A DNA stretch of 64,000 bases from Candidatus Eremiobacteria bacterium. Its GTDB lineage: Bacteria; Vulcanimicrobiota; Vulcanimicrobiia; Vulcanimicrobiales; Vulcanimicrobiaceae. Where the stretch lies: assembly GCA_963737065.1 (NCBI GenBank), contig CAVTRC010000001.1:256001-320000 (forward strand). Reading direction: 5' to 3'. Positions 18,231 to 27,205 of the stretch are shown in pieces; position 1 is the stretch's first letter; each line of letters opens with the position of its first letter. A program made the position numbers and the translations under genes. The notes beneath the pieces were generated by a model. The model saw only the letters and a list, made by a program, of their open reading frames with translations. It ran no database searches and was not told the DNA's origin.

Positions 18231-19346
18231 CTACTTTAGGCTTTGAAGGTAAGCAACGAGATTTGCGATGTCTTTGTCGGACAGGCCGTTGGCTTGCCGG
18301 TTCGGCATCGACCCCATCGAACCGGTAAAGCCGTTAACCAAAATCCACGCAATGTTCTGCGCCGACGGCGCTTTCCCGGTAACGAGCGTGGGATGCTGCG
18401 GATCGTCGGTAATGTGCAGCAGCCCCGGGCCGACGAGTTTCTGATCGAAGGGCGTCGGCGGATCATGGTGACACGCCGAGCACGTCTGATGGAACTTCGC
18501 CAGACCCGCTTCCACATTGCCGCCCGAGAGGTTGATCGGAGCGCCTGCCGCAGCGGCCGCCTTCTTCTGTCCTTCGAGCCACGCGTTGAATTGCGGAACG
18601 GTCTCAACGACGAGTTTCCCCTGCATTTTGCTATGATCGACGCCGCAAAATTCGGAACACGTGATCGTAAACGATCCGGTTCGATCGGGAGTGAAATTGA
18701 GGTTCTGGACTAATCCCGGAACCGCGGCCATCTTCAGTCTGAACTCCGGAACCCACCATTGGTGAATTACGTCGGCGGACGTGATCAGGAGCCGCACCGG
18801 AACACCGACCGGAAGATGCATGCCTTCCGTAGTGGCGGTAACGGGCGTTTTCAGGCCCGGATAGCGCGTGTCGAAATAGAATTGGTGGGCGACGACTTCC
18901 GTCGTGAGCCCCGGTTCCGAGACGCCGAATTGAATCTTGTGCCAGACGTTGATACTCAACGCGGTCAGAATCACAAGCAGCAAGGTCGGCAGTAGGGTCC
19001 ACCAAAATTCGAGCTTCGGCCGGTCGTGGACGGGAACGCCGATTGCATCGGGCGGATCCCCCGCACGGGCGCGAAACGCGATCGAGAAGTAAATGACGTA
19101 ACCGGCGACGATGAACATGATATCGCCGCCGAATACCGCCATAAATTTGAAGAGCCCGTCGACATCCGACGCGCGATCACTCACCGGGTGCATCGCACTC
19201 GGCAATAGCCAGTCAAGATTTCCGAAAAGCCAGTACGCCGTATTTGCGATGCAAATAAGCAGCAGTAGCGTGGTTACTTGCCAAAACCCGGGGCCGAGGC
19301 CATTAACCCGTACGATGTTGGGCCCCGGTACGATCCGCTGAGCCAA
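18231..19346 (-). CDS. ctaC: Cytochrome c oxidase subunit II with C-terminal cytochrome c (caa3 type)
   Basis: DVIH, CuA motif CSEFCGVDHSKM, CSACH heme c motif; TTG start. Confidence 0.95.
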   Translation of the reverse strand: MAQRIVPGPNIVRVNGLGPGFWQVTTLLLLICIANTAYWLFGNLDWLLPSAMHPVSDRASDVDGLFKFMAVFGGDIMFIVAGYVIYFSIAFRARAGDPPDAIGVPVHDRPKLEFWWTLLPTLLLVILTALSINVWHKIQFGVSEPGLTTEVVAHQFYFDTRYPGLKTPVTATTEGMHLPVGVPVRLLITSADVIHQWWVPEFRLKMAAVPGLVQNLNFTPDRTGSFTITCSEFCGVDHSKMQGKLVVETVPQFNAWLEGQKKAAAAAGAPINLSGGNVEAGLAKFHQTCSACHHDPPTPFDQKLVGPGLLHITDDPQHPTLVTGKAPSAQNIAWILVNGFTGSMGSMPNRQANGLSDKDIANLVAYLQSLK

Positions 19347-19479
19347 AACTATTCACCCCTCTGCGGAAGCTAATTTACCCTGTCGCTGCGCGTCCCTTCG
19401 CGATCTTTCAGCGGAAACTAAGAATATTCGAGTGGGAACCGCTGCGGAACCGCTGCGTAACTAGCATGTAATCGGTCCG

Positions 19480-19647
19480 TTAACCCGAGTAGGGTTTCGT
19501 CGGATATCGGCGATCAAGAATCAGTCCGATTCCGGTGCCGATGAGTACGCCGTAGATGGCGCCGACCACAACGCTTCCCGTCGGATACCCGACCGCAGCC
19601 CCGATCGCGAGGCAAATTATTACAGCCGCCCAAACTTTTCGTTGCAT
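19480..19647 (-). CDS. Small glycine-zipper membrane protein (55 aa, not in the ORF track)
   Basis: MQRKVWAAVIICLAIGAAVGYPTGSVVVGAIYGVLIGTGIGLILDRRYPTKPYSG; GGAGG SD upstream. Confidence 0.7.
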   Translation of the reverse strand: MQRKVWAAVIICLAIGAAVGYPTGSVVVGAIYGVLIGTGIGLILDRRYPTKPYSG

Positions 19648-19679
19648 AGATCAGCCTCCGTATATAGCATAATGGTACC

Positions 19680-19925
19680 ATGCCGACAAACAATACTCGC
19701 GATGCCGCCGCCGGAATTGCCCAGCGGATAAAAACGGGCCGAACCGATCCTTCGCAAATCGACGAGGCGGGCCGCGCGCCCAACGACCGTCCGCCGGGAT
19801 ATGCCGAAGTGCTGATGTCCGAAACGCCGACGTCCGTCGAGCAGAATGCTCAGTTGTCGAAAGCCGATTGGGATGTGATCGAGCTCGCACTTACGCATTA
19901 CGCTACGTGCGAAGGTAAAACGTAA
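19680..19925 (+). CDS. Hypothetical protein
   Basis: 81 aa; CATAAT 6 nt upstream of the ATG. Confidence 0.55.
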   Translation: MPTNNTRDAAAGIAQRIKTGRTDPSQIDEAGRAPNDRPPGYAEVLMSETPTSVEQNAQLSKADWDVIELALTHYATCEGKT

Positions 19926-19935
19926 ACCGGTCGCA

Positions 19936-20145
19936 ATGCCGGATACGCGTTTAGGAGAGATCGCGCGGAAGCTTCTGCCGCTCCTTGCAGAATTCAAAAC
20001 CGAAGCAGGGCGCGTGCTGGACGAGAACGGCAAGCGCGACGCGGTGATACTCCAGGATTACATGATGCGCAAGTACCCGCGCATCGTGACCTTTGTTGCA
20101 TGTATCGATACGCTTGCGGAGTTCGCCGAACATGCGCCGGATTAG
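19936..20145 (+). CDS. Hypothetical protein
   Basis: 69-aa helical-looking ORF following the previous gene. Confidence 0.5.
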   Translation: MPDTRLGEIARKLLPLLAEFKTEAGRVLDENGKRDAVILQDYMMRKYPRIVTFVACIDTLAEFAEHAPD

Positions 20146-20159
20146 GGTGTAGAAGCCCT

Positions 20160-20429
20160 TCAGTGAACTTCCGGATCACCGTTCGTGCGCACTTCGCTCA
20201 TGGGATCCGGCGGTCGCGGAACTTCTTGCTCGCGGCGTTCGAAGCGTTCGATCAGAATGCGTTTGCGTTCCTCTTCGATCGCTCCACCGCTTAACACGCG
20301 CGTCGCTGCGCTGGGGTGCACGGCTGCGATATGATCGCACACCTCGCATTGCACCGCCGGTTCCGTGCGAGATTGAAGTATCGCGAAGCACTCGCATGGC
20401 CCGAGGACGTCATCGTTGTCGTCGTTCAC
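20160..20429 (-). CDS. Hypothetical Cys/His-containing protein
   Basis: CEC..CEVCDH..H; GTGA overlap with the bcp stop. Confidence 0.55.
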   Translation of the reverse strand: MNDDNDDVLGPCECFAILQSRTEPAVQCEVCDHIAAVHPSAATRVLSGGAIEEERKRILIERFERREQEVPRPPDPMSEVRTNGDPEVH

Positions 20430-20875
20430 GTCAGCGCCTTCAACACTTCGATCTGATGATCGAGCACGGACACTTTCGGCCACACGTAGACGAGCTTACC
20501 GCTACGGTCGAAGAGAAACGTCGAACGTTGGATCGCATTCTTGCCATAGACATTTTCATCGACGATGACGCCGAAGGCGTTGCATAGCTGCGAATCCACG
20601 TCGGCCAAGAGCCGGAACGGCAGCATGTACTTCTCTTTGAAGCGGCGGTGAGACTCGACGGAATCGCGGCTCACGCCTATCAGTTCGGTGTCTTTGCTTT
20701 GCAACGCCTCGTACACGTCGCGGAATTGCGTGGCTTGCTTCGTGCAGCCCCACGTGTCGTCTTTTGGATAAAAATACAAGACGAGCTGCTTGCCGACGAG
20801 ATCGCTCGTCGAGATTTCGGTTCCGCTGTCGTCGCGAACCGTCAACGAAGGCATCATCGTTCCGGGTTCAAGCAT
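20426..20875 (-). CDS. bcp: BCP/PrxQ peroxiredoxin
   Basis: LYFYPKDDTWGCTKQA, GVSRDSVESH, RSTF. Confidence 0.92.
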   Translation of the reverse strand: MLEPGTMMPSLTVRDDSGTEISTSDLVGKQLVLYFYPKDDTWGCTKQATQFRDVYEALQSKDTELIGVSRDSVESHRRFKEKYMLPFRLLADVDSQLCNAFGVIVDENVYGKNAIQRSTFLFDRSGKLVYVWPKVSVLDHQIEVLKALT

Positions 20876-20892
20876 GGCGTGATATTCGCGCC

Positions 20893-21924
20893 CTACACCA
20901 CGCTCCCCTCAACGACGTTTGCAATCGCGAGCGCCGTCGTGGGGGCAAGCAAGATTCCGTGACGGTAGTGTCCGGAAGCAACGAAGTAACCGTCGAGTGC
21001 GGTTTTTCCGATGAACGGGCGGAGATTCGGCGAACGCGGACGCGACGCGGTCCACGTGTCGTTGACCGTAAGCTCGCTCAGCATCGGCATCGCACGCGCA
21101 ACGCGCTCGCGTAACGATTCTGATCCGTGCTCCGCGTCGGTCTCGCCGATCAACACGCTACCGTCGGTTCGTGGGATAACATAGATGCCTTCGAGGCGAA
21201 CCGGCCGTTTGAGGAGTCGCTGCGGCATTGCGAGCGCGAGCAGCGACGCTTCTGCCGGAACAACGGGAACGCGCGCGTATTCCGGCACCCCGTGAAACGC
21301 GCCTGCGAAGGCGCCTGCTGCGTTGACGACCGTCTCCGCGGGCAACAACTTCTCGCCCGTACGGACGCCGGCGGCGCGCTGCGCGTCGGCTTCCAGTGCA
21401 ACGAAGCCCGTTTGCTCTTCGAGCACGACGCCGACATCAACGCACGCTGCGCGTAATGCGCGGCCCAGATACCGGCAGTCGATCTGACCCTCTTCTTCGA
21501 TGAGCGACGCACCATGCAGCATCTCGGGTCCGAGCGCCGGTTCGATGCCGCGCGCTTCGTCGCGTTCGAACCAATGTGCGTGAATTCCGCGGTCGGCGAG
21601 GACCGCCGCGCGATTGCGCAAACAGTCCGCTTCGCTCTCGTCGTATGCGGCTTCGATGATTCCGTCGAATCGAAGACACGGGTCGATACCGGTGCGCTTG
21701 TGAAGTTCTTTGACGAAGACCTGATACAAGCCGAGCGCCCTCGCCAAGAACTCCTCTTCTTCTTCACTTTCGGAATCGCTGAACGGCGCAAGCAGTCCGG
21801 CGCCTCGCCACGACGACGCAGCCGGTGAATCACCGGCCTCGACCACATGCACTTGCGCACCGCGCTTTGCCAGCTCGTACGCGATGCAAAGTCCGACGAT
21901 GCCGGCTCCGACGACGACGATCAT
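20893..21924 (-). CDS. thiO: Glycine oxidase ThiO-like FAD-dependent oxidoreductase
   Basis: VVGAGIVG, ASSWRGAGLLAP, SGHYRHGILLAP. Confidence 0.8.
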   Translation of the reverse strand: MIVVVGAGIVGLCIAYELAKRGAQVHVVEAGDSPAASSWRGAGLLAPFSDSESEEEEEFLARALGLYQVFVKELHKRTGIDPCLRFDGIIEAAYDESEADCLRNRAAVLADRGIHAHWFERDEARGIEPALGPEMLHGASLIEEEGQIDCRYLGRALRAACVDVGVVLEEQTGFVALEADAQRAAGVRTGEKLLPAETVVNAAGAFAGAFHGVPEYARVPVVPAEASLLALAMPQRLLKRPVRLEGIYVIPRTDGSVLIGETDAEHGSESLRERVARAMPMLSELTVNDTWTASRPRSPNLRPFIGKTALDGYFVASGHYRHGILLAPTTALAIANVVEGSVV

Positions 21925-22082
21925 GAGCCTAGAGGCCGGCAGTCGCAGCACTCTGCGCAGAGCGTGCAGCCCAGGTGCAGCGGCACGTCTTCTTTGCCGC
22001 ATCGTTCGCAGACGATCGTGTTCGGTCCGGCGAACGCGGATGCGTTTTCTTCGAGTGCATCGCGAGCTTCTTCAGGATTCAT
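21921..22082 (-). CDS. Small cysteine-rich protein (53 aa, not in the ORF track)
   Basis: MNPEEARDALEENASAFAGPNTIVCERCGKEDVPLHLGCTLCAECCDCRPLGS; ATGA overlap with thiO; TATCAT 5 nt upstream. Confidence 0.7.
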   Translation of the reverse strand: MNPEEARDALEENASAFAGPNTIVCERCGKEDVPLHLGCTLCAECCDCRPLGS

Positions 22083-22087
22083 ACGCT

Positions 22088-22258
22088 ATGATATTCTCGG
22101 TGCTGAGTACCGTTCTCGTCGTAATATTCGCATTCGCATGCGTCGGCACGTTCGCCTTAGGAATACGAAAGGAGTGGAAGAGCTTACGCATTCTCTCGAC
22201 CGTCATTGCGATCGTGTCGTTCGCACTCGCGTTGGCGGTTTCTGCAATGCAGCGGTGA
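22088..22258 (+). CDS. Small 2-TM membrane protein
   Basis: 56 aa, two hydrophobic helices joined by a basic loop. Confidence 0.6.
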   Translation: MIFSVLSTVLVVIFAFACVGTFALGIRKEWKSLRILSTVIAIVSFALALAVSAMQR

Positions 22259-22271
22259 AGCGAGGTCCGCG

Positions 22272-22505
22272 TCACGGGGGAAGCACGACGGAATGTGGCG
22301 GAATCCGCCGCCGGACGATGTCGATGGCCCGCTCGCGGTCTTCCATCTGCTCTTTCAGTTCGATGAGCGCGGCTTCGACGAGGGCCGCCGTCTTCACGCG
22401 GAAGCCGATCTCCTTCAGTATTACGACGATCGAATCGAGCGCTTGCACCGAACCTGCGGTGAGTGCCACGTTCGTCGGTGCGCCGCCTTTTGCCGGCTCG
22501 TTCAT
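22272..22505 (-). CDS. Hypothetical protein, ribbon-helix-helix-like
   Basis: TNVALT strand followed by two amphipathic helices (AALVEAAL). Confidence 0.5.
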   Translation of the reverse strand: MNEPAKGGAPTNVALTAGSVQALDSIVVILKEIGFRVKTAALVEAALIELKEQMEDRERAIDIVRRRIPPHSVVLPP

Positions 22506-22546
22506 GCCTCGCGGATTCTCGCGATGACGCGCTGAAGTCCTGTGGC

Positions 22547-22960
22547 ATGGTGCACGTTCAGATGGCATTCGCTTGCGAAGACGTTACAAGCGAGTCAGGC
22601 GGACCGGTAACGTTCAAAAATGTCATGGACGGCATCGTCGCCTCGGATTTCCCCGCGCCGACCGGCCGCTGGTTCGCTATTTTTTGCTTTTTCAGCGTCG
22701 AAGCGCAGCACTTCGCGAATTGCCGCGTCGTCGTCGAACACGAAAACGGCGAGTCGGTCGCGGAGAAGACGCTGCGAGACCTGGACTTCACGCCGCACAA
22801 TCCGATATCGCGCAACGTCGTGAGCTTCCAGGGTCTGCAGTGGCCGTATCCCGGCGGATACGTCGTCAAATGCATGGCAGACGGCGACAACATCCTCGCA
22901 TACTTTCCGATCTGGGTGCAGCACGCGCCCGCGCCGGATGCAAACGACGAGGGTGCGTAA
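22547..22960 (+). CDS. Hypothetical beta-rich protein (DUF6941-like)
   Basis: AFACEDV..FPAP..WPYPGGYVV pattern. Confidence 0.6.
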   Translation: MVHVQMAFACEDVTSESGGPVTFKNVMDGIVASDFPAPTGRWFAIFCFFSVEAQHFANCRVVVEHENGESVAEKTLRDLDFTPHNPISRNVVSFQGLQWPYPGGYVVKCMADGDNILAYFPIWVQHAPAPDANDEGA

Positions 22961-22996
22961 CCGCCGTGGAACCGCTCCGCGTATCGTTAAACGGGC

Positions 22997-23263
22997 ATGG
23001 CGCTCTCACACGAAACGGCACTGTCGGACGTGCGCGCCCTCGTGCAGCACGCGGAAACGCTTCGAGAGAACGAAGTGCGGCGGCTGTTCGCGCGTTGCCC
23101 AGACCTCTCGGAGCGCGAGCGTTCGCTGATCGCCGCGATGTCGACGGCGCTCATCGGGCGGCTCGTGTACAGCGCAATTTCTAAGATTCACGACAAAGAC
23201 GCAGTCGACCGCGAACAAGCCGTACGCGACGCGCGTGCGCTGAGCGAGCTCTTCGGCGTATGA
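22997..23263 (+). CDS. Stand-alone glutamyl-tRNA reductase (HemA) dimerisation-domain-like protein
   Basis: VRALVQHAETLRENEVRR..LSERER..MSTALIGRL..ELFGV resembles the HemA C-terminal domain. Confidence 0.7.
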   Translation: MALSHETALSDVRALVQHAETLRENEVRRLFARCPDLSERERSLIAAMSTALIGRLVYSAISKIHDKDAVDREQAVRDARALSELFGV

Positions 23264-24195
23264 AGTTTTTTCGAATCTCGGCTACTGCTGCGGCATCGCT
23301 TGCGTTCGTGCAAGTCATATTGGGAAGCTGGGTACGGATCAACGGCGCGGGCATGACATGCCCGGACTGGCCGCTGTGCCGCGGCGCACTCGTGCCGCAA
23401 CTGATCGGCGGAGTCGTACTCGAGTGGACGCATCGCGCGACCGCGCTCTGCGTCGGCTTCGTCATCGTCGCGGCATTCGTAGCGGGATGGCGCATGCGGC
23501 ATCAAATTTCCGGAGTCACGCCGACGCTCTTTGCGCTCGTTGCAGCTTTCGCGCTGCAGGTCGTGGTGGGCGGCATCACGATTCACGAATCGAACAATCC
23601 GCCCTCGGTCGTGCTTCACTGGGCGTGCGCAATGGTGCTCCTCGTCTCGCTGACGTTCTTAGCGGTGCTTGCGCATCTCGCGCCGCGTCCCGGCAGCAGG
23701 CTTCCCGCGATACGCGGCGGCGCGTGCGTTCTAGGAATCGGGCTTGTCGCGCTGCTGGCATACATTACGATGTGCATCGGATCGTACGTCAGTTCTAGCG
23801 GCGCCGGCCTAGCATGCGCGACGTTTCCGGATTGCGACGGCACGCTGACGGGCACGACGCCCGCGCAATGGGCACAAATGTTGCACCGCGCGGCGGCCGG
23901 CGTATTTGTTCTTTCCGCGCTCGTTGTTTTGATATACGTCGTGCAGAGCGGGTTGCCGCGCGTACGCGCGTGGTTCTTCGCCGGCACTGCGCTCGCGCTC
24001 GTGCAGGGAACGTTGGGGACGCTCAATGTGATCTTACGCATGCCGTCGTTCTTGCGCGAGGCGCACGCGGCGAACGCAGCGCTGACGTTCATCGTCTTCG
24101 TGATCGCGACATCGCTCGCCATGCTCGAGCCGCTTCCGGTTCGCTCGGAAGTGAGTAGACCGTGCAGAACTCACGCCAATCCTACGTCAATTTAG
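23260..24195 (+). CDS. ctaA: Heme A synthase (COX15/CtaA)
   Basis: GSWVRINGAGMTCPDWPLC, EWTHR, second CATFPDC loop, QMLHR, EAH. Confidence 0.93.
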   Translation: MKFFRISATAAASLAFVQVILGSWVRINGAGMTCPDWPLCRGALVPQLIGGVVLEWTHRATALCVGFVIVAAFVAGWRMRHQISGVTPTLFALVAAFALQVVVGGITIHESNNPPSVVLHWACAMVLLVSLTFLAVLAHLAPRPGSRLPAIRGGACVLGIGLVALLAYITMCIGSYVSSSGAGLACATFPDCDGTLTGTTPAQWAQMLHRAAAGVFVLSALVVLIYVVQSGLPRVRAWFFAGTALALVQGTLGTLNVILRMPSFLREAHAANAALTFIVFVIATSLAMLEPLPVRSEVSRPCRTHANPTSI

Positions 24196-24409
24196 CGCTT
24201 GCGACCGCAGCACTTCCTGTAGCGTTTGCCGCATGGCGCCCGATCGCGGCGCTCTCGCGTGAGATTCGAAGCAACATCATTGCCTTTGTACACGACAGCA
24301 CGGGACGTTATGCGCTGCTCCTCGTTGGGCCGCATAAACCTCCGGCGCCCGTTGAGGCGCATCAGACCGATGGATTAGCGGAATTGAACCCGCTGGGGAG
24401 TGGGCGCTA

Positions 24410-25045
24410 ATGGAGACGAACTTACTTCAGCAGACGTCATTGCACGGTATTTCGATGTGGTCGTGGTGGCAGCCGGATCGCTCGATCTTCTTCAACTCAT
24501 TTTTCGTGCGCGGCGATGAGAACATCATCGTCGATCCGCTTGCACTCGGGGAAGATGACGTCAGGACCATACGCGAGCAAGGATCTGCTCAATGGATCGT
24601 CGTCACGACGCGCGATCACGAACGCGAAGCAGCTATCCTCGCTGAGGAGCTCGACGCGAAGGTCGCCGCTCCGCAGCTGGACGTCGACGAAATGGCGGTC
24701 GGTGTCCATCGCAGGTTACGCGACGGGGACACGATTGGACGGGTTCGGGTCGTGCAACTCGACGGGATGAAGTCGCCCGGCGAGTTCGGCCTCTACATCG
24801 CGGACTGCTCGACCGTTATCGTAGGCGACGCGCTGTGGGGCGATCCACCTGGGACGCTTCGCATGGTGCCCGATGGAAAGCTGGGCGATCCCCAGCGCGC
24901 GGCGTCGAGTTTGCGGCGCCTCTGGGAACTGGAACCGCAAAATATCCTCGTCGGAGACGGTCACTGCATCTACGGCAATGCGACCGAAAAAATCGCAGCA
25001 TATCTCGAATCACGCGGCGTGCCGCTGGAAAGGACCATACAATAA
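24410..25045 (+). CDS. MBL-fold protein with a degenerate metal motif
   Basis: IVDP, TTRDHER, KSPGE, VGDA, ILVGDGH. Confidence 0.75.
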   Translation: METNLLQQTSLHGISMWSWWQPDRSIFFNSFFVRGDENIIVDPLALGEDDVRTIREQGSAQWIVVTTRDHEREAAILAEELDAKVAAPQLDVDEMAVGVHRRLRDGDTIGRVRVVQLDGMKSPGEFGLYIADCSTVIVGDALWGDPPGTLRMVPDGKLGDPQRAASSLRRLWELEPQNILVGDGHCIYGNATEKIAAYLESRGVPLERTIQ

Positions 25046-25046
25046 C

Positions 25047-25313
25047 ATGAACGATGGAAAGAAGCTCTCTCGCTCGGAGATGATCGAAAAGCTGATCGTC
25101 GCACCAATCGCAATCGGCGCCTTTGCCGCGCTTTGCGCGGAGGCCGATGCCGCTGCGACGATCGATCAGAAAACGGCCGCGTACGTGCCGCATCCGGTGG
25201 GCGGCAAGCAATGCGATAAGTGTATCCAGTTTCAGCCGCCGTCAGCTTGCAAGCTTGTGAAAGGCAAGATTTCCCCGAAGGGCTATTGCAAGTTTTATAC
25301 GGCGAAGAAGTGA
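25047..25313 (+). CDS. High-potential iron-sulfur protein (HiPIP)
   Basis: Signal peptide, then Y..P..GKQCDKCIQF..CKLVKGKISPKGYCKFY (four-Cys HiPIP pattern). Confidence 0.88.
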   Translation: MNDGKKLSRSEMIEKLIVAPIAIGAFAALCAEADAAATIDQKTAAYVPHPVGGKQCDKCIQFQPPSACKLVKGKISPKGYCKFYTAKK

Positions 25314-25610
25314 GCCGTTAGGTGCGGTTGCCGCCCGGCGCCACCGACGCGGGGCGGCTACCGATGAATGCCGGATCGTTGCGCAACGGATATGCGAGCG
25401 GATACGTTCCCCATCCGCCGCGGTTCCAGCGGCCGTCGGGAGTATAACTCCCGGCAGTTTGTCCGTTCGCGGGGAGGGTGAACACGTCGCCACGTGAAGT
25501 CCGTGTGTCAGAGGCCACAATCGGTTCTCCTAATCGCTTCGGTTTGCGCGTTGCGTGCAAACCCATATGATGTTCAAGTATAGCAGCATCGACACGGAGG
25601 TTCACCCGCC

Positions 25611-25925
25611 ATGCCAAAGCCTGATGATATTCGCGAAGCCCTTAGTTCCGTTCAAGACCCCGAACTGATGATCGGCGCCGTCGATCTCGGATTGATTTAT
25701 GGGATCGAGTGCGCCGGCGACACCGGCGAACACGTTTCCGTGACAATGACATTTACCTCGCCGATGTGCCCGGTCGGCCCGGAATTCAAGCAAGCCGTCG
25801 AAGCAAAGGCGAAATCCGTCCAGGGCGTTGAGTCCGTCAAGGTTGACGTGACGTTCACTCCGCCGTGGGATCCCCGTACGATGGCGAGCGAAGATGCAAA
25901 ATTCGACCTCGGGATATGGTTCTAG
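25611..25925 (+). CDS. Metal-sulfur cluster assembly factor (DUF59/SufT-like)
   Basis: VQDPEL..VDLGLIY, MTFTSPMCP, FTPPWDP. Confidence 0.92.
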   Translation: MPKPDDIREALSSVQDPELMIGAVDLGLIYGIECAGDTGEHVSVTMTFTSPMCPVGPEFKQAVEAKAKSVQGVESVKVDVTFTPPWDPRTMASEDAKFDLGIWF

Positions 25926-25939
25926 GAGCAAGACGAATC

Positions 25940-26110
25940 GTGCTGGGCTATTGTGTGATCTGTCAAACCAAGTGCGAGCTGCGCGACCTCAAGCAAATTC
26001 AACGCAGTGGCTTACCGGCCGTTGAGGGCACCTGTACGGCCTGCGGCACGAAAACATTCCTTCTCGGCGCCGAAGTACCGACGCCGGAGGATGCGCCTAG
26101 CCCAGAATGA
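25940..26110 (+). CDS. Small zinc-ribbon protein (DUF5679-like)
   Basis: YCVIC..GTCTACGTKTF; GGAG upstream of a GTG. Confidence 0.7.
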   Translation: MLGYCVICQTKCELRDLKQIQRSGLPAVEGTCTACGTKTFLLGAEVPTPEDAPSPE

Positions 26111-27128
26111 TCCAGCGGCGCGTGATCCACACCAGCAGGGGGATCGTAATCGCCGAAATGCCGCCGATCATCGCGACAAGGAGCAATGTCGAGGCGACCG
26201 ACGCGTTCCCGCCGCAGAACGCGACGAGATTCGCAACCGTCGCAAACCAGAAACGGCGGAGCGGATTGGACGATAAGCCCGCGATGTTGTTCGCCATCGC
26301 AACGACATCGTCCGGATTCCAATCCGCAGTCTGCACCACGTCGTGAATCACGCCGTGACGATCCAGCAACGCCAAGCGGACGTCGTGTATATAGCTTGCC
26401 GAGCCGCTCGCGATCGATGAAACGCCGAACGCGTCTATAACGTCCTTTACTTGAGCCGGCTCTCCGGTGACGATCGACCAAATGCGCGGATCGGCGCCGA
26501 ATGTTTTTCCGTAATCCGACAGAACGGCCGGTGAGTCGTACACCGGATCGAGCGTCACTTCGACGAGACGGAAAAAGCGTGGATCGAGATGACTCTGCAG
26601 ATACGCAAACTTTCCGCTGATCGCGGGGCAGACCGTTTTATCGGGACAACGGCTAAAGACAAAGCTCAAGATGGTAATCTTGCCGTCGACCCGGTCCAGC
26701 CGGAACGGTGCCCCGGTCTGATCGACGAGCGTGTACGCCGGTGCCCGATCGCCCGTGGTCAGAATGTGCTTCACGGTGGGGTTCTGCGTGCCGGCGATGA
26801 ATCGCGGCGCTGCGACCGGCGCTTGATAGAACTCAAGACCGGTGCCGTGACGCACGATCAGCGCGTCGACTTCCGTCCCGGGAGCCGGAACGCGCGATTT
26901 GCGCGGCATGCGCACCGCGTACACGCCTCCCGGAAGCATTCTCGGCACGCCGAAAACGCGCATGATGATGCGTCCGCTTGCGAGGGGTGAAAGCACGTAC
27001 CCGTGCACCGGAATCAGTTCAGCCGCCGAGCTGATTTGCGTCGAAGCGAACAAGACACCAAGCGTGAGTGCGGTTTGAAGGATCGCACTTCGCACGAGGC
27101 TCGACAAGCGTTTGTTGGGTGAAACCAT
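26097..27128 (-). CDS. SCO-family copper chaperone with N-terminal extension and C-terminal TM
   Basis: LVDQTG, FSRCPDKTVCP, VTLDPVYDSP, YIHD; start uncertain. Confidence 0.85.
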   Translation of the reverse strand: MVSPNKRLSSLVRSAILQTALTLGVLFASTQISSAAELIPVHGYVLSPLASGRIIMRVFGVPRMLPGGVYAVRMPRKSRVPAPGTEVDALIVRHGTGLEFYQAPVAAPRFIAGTQNPTVKHILTTGDRAPAYTLVDQTGAPFRLDRVDGKITILSFVFSRCPDKTVCPAISGKFAYLQSHLDPRFFRLVEVTLDPVYDSPAVLSDYGKTFGADPRIWSIVTGEPAQVKDVIDAFGVSSIASGSASYIHDVRLALLDRHGVIHDVVQTADWNPDDVVAMANNIAGLSSNPLRRFWFATVANLVAFCGGNASVASTLLLVAMIGGISAITIPLLVWITRRWIILG

Positions 27129-27205
27129 GGCGAAGATACGAATTTATAGGCGAAAGCAGTGATTCCCTCGAATGCGCGCGTAACGCGAATTACGGGGTAA
27201 CGACG

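Noticed and set aside
24162..24410. 82-aa ORF between ctaA and the MBL gene
   Set aside because: Overlaps ctaA and has no motif; could be real but is unsupported
25318..25617. Minus-strand ORF between HiPIP and the DUF59 gene
   Set aside because: No clear start or family resemblance
27129..27205. FNR/Crp box upstream of the narK unit
   Set aside because: No TTGAT-N4-ATCAA-like palindrome found by eye
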